The notes under the pieces: model-generated
Database searches by the model: none
The model's input: only the letters and a program-made list of their open reading frames with translations
Told to the model about the DNA's origin: nothing
Source: Raillietiella orientalis
Lineage: Eukaryota
Assembly: GCA_036172245.1 (NCBI GenBank)
Contig: JAYWIR010000018.1
Span: forward strand, 3,286,001 to 3,350,000
Length of the DNA: 64,000 nt
Direction of reading: 5' to 3'
Part shown: piece after piece, positions 60,600 to 64,000 of the stretch
Numbering within the stretch: position 1 is the stretch's first letter
How the letters are laid out: each line of letters opens with the position of its first letter
Program-made: the position numbers and the translations under genes

Positions 60600-63500
60600 C
60601 ACAGTCGTATTGCTGGGTAAGAGCAGTTTCCGAGAAGTGAAGCCGTGTTCTTCCAGAGAGTCTTGCAGGTGGACGCCTGCGATTACCTGCCAATCCTGCG
60701 ATGGATTCTTCAGTCTTCTCCATCGCAGTGCTGCAGCACTTGCGTTTCGCGGGCACTAGACAGCAGGTAAGAGTTTCTAGGAGATTCTTCTGTCTCTTGT
60801 GGGCGAATACGGCCTCTGTGAGACATTCATTTTCCTGCTGTAGCTGGGTATTCTGCCTGTTCTAACCAGAAGGCAGGTGCGTGCTTGCGTGCTCACCAGC
60901 TACGCTTCCTTTTCCGCAAAAGCAGCTTCCGGCAAGCTGACTGTTTTGGAGTCCTCAGGGCAAGAACCGTTCTGAAAAGATGCGGATCCTCCTTCATTGA
61001 CCTGAACGCGAGGAGAGGAGCTGGTACTCTCACGCGTGCGCAGAGAACGTTCTTCTCCAAAAGCGCAGATTCCTGAGACACGTCCTCCCCCCGGAATATG
61101 CCGGAGGGTTCTCAAGGAAGAATTCAGCTCCTGAGCCTGCAGAAGACTGGGAACTGCACGAAACCCTTTCAAATATCTGGTCTCCTTGCACCGGTGTCCG
61201 GTCACAAAACATGCTCAGCAAGACGCACCGGTTTCCAGGAAGAACGGTTCAGGAATCCACGTGGTCATTGGAGCGAATCAAACGGCTCCTGTGCCTTCCT
61301 AGTTAGCATGCACGTAGAAGCTGGAGGTCGTAGACGGGAAGGAGAATAGTGAGGTAGGAAAAAATCGAGGGAGAGGAGAGGACTTAGTGCCTCCATCCTG
61401 TGTGACCTGGGACGCTGTAGAAACCCACAGCCTGGGATGGCGTCATGGACGCTCCCAACAGCGCAGGCTGCTCCCTCATCCTCCCTCCCTATCTTTTCCC
61501 TCTGCTGCATCGGCTGATTGAATCTTGCAGTGAAGCGTTCTGACTCCCTCTAGGAAGAGCAACTCCCTCTGGATAAGTCGGTTCATGTCGATGGCGCCCG
61601 TGACAGTTTCATGGCCGACGACGGAGAGCTTGGATGCATCCAGTTCTGCATCCCCGCCGGCACGCGAAGAGACCGGAGGACTCTCAAGAACGCTGAGTAA
61701 GCACACCTGGGGGTTCTCTGGTCCACTCTTCCCCCGTAAGCCTCTTGTCCTCGATTTTTTCCGCGTTCACGAATGCCCTTCAGAGGAACATTGGGTCAAG
61801 GAGAAGCAGGGGAGGTGTACACTTGACCGGAAAGATGTCTAAAGGAGATTTTCTGGAGCAACCATTCAGAGAGCTTTTCTCGAGATTTTATTGGTTTCCT
61901 CCTCCGTTCCTAGTCAGATCTTCTCTTAGGGAAAAGCGACGTCACCCTTCCCGAGGCAGTGCACGGTGCGAGAGATCCAAAATCGCTACGTCGCCAAACT
62001 GCTGCTGAGGAACCAACTGCTGTCTCCAACCCCACCCCACCCCGTTGCACTTGCATCCTCTCACGAGAGCTCGCGGCATCCTTCTTGCGCTCTCCCTGGA
62101 GAGTCAAGAGCGCTTGCCATACGGCGGCGATCTTTCTCTGCTAACAGTTTCCCCCCTGACCTTTCTCCCGCGTGATTTAATACTGACCCTTCATGTGTCC
62201 GTGGCCCAGGAGATGCGTGATTCCATACTGAAACAAGGGTAATTTCCTACTTCATGATTAAATCTCGAATTTCCTTCGGCATCGAAACCGAAATGATAAT
62301 TCAAGGATTGAAGAAAAATTATCTGAGAGGTGCTCAGGAATCGGAGGACGGAATAGACCGGACCTTTCGGGGCTAGGCATTGTCACAAACCTGAAGACGC
62401 CGGAAGAGGGGAATGTATTTTCCGCAGCATCCCATATCGGTAAGTGAACGCTCCGTGTTGCAAAAGAGCAGCTGTCCTCATCCCACGCAGCAGCACTACA
62501 GTCCGCCGAGCGTCCACTCCAGAGAGCAGGAAAGATTTCATGGTAGTAAGAGATACGTCCTTTTTCGGATGGCTTCTGGGAATTCGTGAACGAACTGGGG
62601 TGATCACCGGTGACATGGGTCATCTCATCTGATCAGGAATGAGATCAGATGACCATTCCCATTAGACTCAGGTCTCCTCAATAGGAATACCTGGACAGTT
62701 GCTCACACCCCATCCACGTCCAATAGACGATACTCTCCCAGCACCTGGGTGGAACTCGCATACAAGAGGTGTTGTCCTTCCCTGACGGGAGGGAAGGGAT
62801 GCGAGGCAAGAAGAGCAATTCTCCCATCTACTTCTACACTCGGATGCGGTTTGCTTGGAATGGAATGCGTGGTCGGGAGTCCTTGCCAGTGCTAGGGACA
62901 CCCCTGCTGGACCTCATGGGTTGTATTCCCGCCTGAGATGGACTTCTGTCAAAGGCTATAATCTCGATCCTATGGCACATCCCTAGCATCGATGCGGCTT
63001 TCCTTCCCCTCAATGTTTATAATTTTGTTCATTCATTGTCCCCTTTCCTTTGTGCTCCAGATCTTCGTTACCAGGTCCAGTGCACGATGCGGAGGGACAT
63101 CCACGTTAGATTGCAACATGTGGGTTGCAGACTAAGCATGTTCACTATCAGATGATCGCCCCATCTGGTGTCGCATGGTACTTTATTTAAAACAAATAAA
63201 GAAAATTTTGTAAGTAGGGACTCGTCATGAGCCTTTCGGAAACCAAAAGGACTTTCCCTTAGAGAGCTAGAAAGCAATGAAGGGGCTTTTATTTTTCATC
63301 TGATCACACTGATGAATCAGGTTCTCCACCTCGAGGTCGGTTCATCTCTTTTCCTATTTTATTAACTGGTACTTCTCTTACCCCATACTCTTCCCCTCAC
63401 TCTATTCATATCCCCAGAGAGCTTCAAACCCTTCGTTTTGAATAGATACAAGCCGGACCTTTCCATGAGAAGTTTCCTTTGATCTGTTGTTTGCTCGAAA

Positions 63501-63960
63501 AAAGTGTCCCGGAACTCTGGATGGAGAGGATCTCAAGAGCCCAAAGCAACACTGCCATGTCATCGTATGCGCCTAGTGTTGGCTCAGCACCTCGGAATAA
63601 CCCCTCCGGGTCGAGCACGGCTTGCAGAGGGAGGAGAACCGCATCACGGGGTGCAGCGAGGAGAAGGAACGCATCTTTCCCGTTCCTGGGAAGCTCGTTG
63701 TCCCGTCCTGGTCAAGAGTTCATCTCACCGCATGCAACAGTTGCACTGCCGAGTTCTAAAAACTTTATCTACTGCTACTTTCCTGTTGAAGGCCCCATCA
63801 ATTCTACTCACACGCAGCTCCTTAACGGCAGATGAAAGGAACTTCACTCTCTATTGGCACGAATGACTCCCGTGCAGGAATGGCAATAATGAAGTCGCTT
63901 CCAGATAAATGGAAGTGTGCCCAACTCGCAGAAACAATATTTGCTTAACCTTCGAACGGT
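60600..63960 (-). mobile_element. L1/Tx1-like RT/APE relics upstream of NPFR
   Basis: KETRYLKGFRAVPSLL (cf. K.D...K..RPISLL) at ~61180 and PTLGAYDDMAVL (cf. AYADD) at ~63570. Confidence 0.4.
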
Positions 63961-64000
63961 GTACTCAGATAAAGGGTTCTCTGGAGACGAGGGAAGAGCA

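Overview
Eukaryotic genomic DNA, most likely from an arthropod, with no prokaryotic operons, rRNA or CRISPR. One clearly intact gene is visible: a neuropeptide F/Y-type GPCR with an uninterrupted coding region (minus strand, 58655-59950). The rest is largely decayed mobile DNA: many degenerate non-LTR retrotransposon fragments (L1/Tx1-like, RLE-type R2/NeSL/Utopia-like, RTE-like, Jockey/I-like), a Mutator-like (MULE) element with long TIRs, a probable hAT relic, and a processed cytosolic Hsp70 pseudogene. Three things stand out. (1) A 743-bp GC-rich, hairpin-packed insert with no recognisable protein (8210-8952) sits between perfect 35-bp direct repeats and looks like a retro-copied structured RNA of unknown identity. 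(2) A head-to-tail array of four diverged Tx1-like LINE 3' ends (29510-35390) has every junction marked by AATAAA plus a CCCGG-N5-CCGGGTG hairpin, preceded by covarying stem-loops. (3) Unusually long flanking direct repeats surround both retro-copies. Transposon calls come from motifs read by eye across frameshifts, so their boundaries are approximate.
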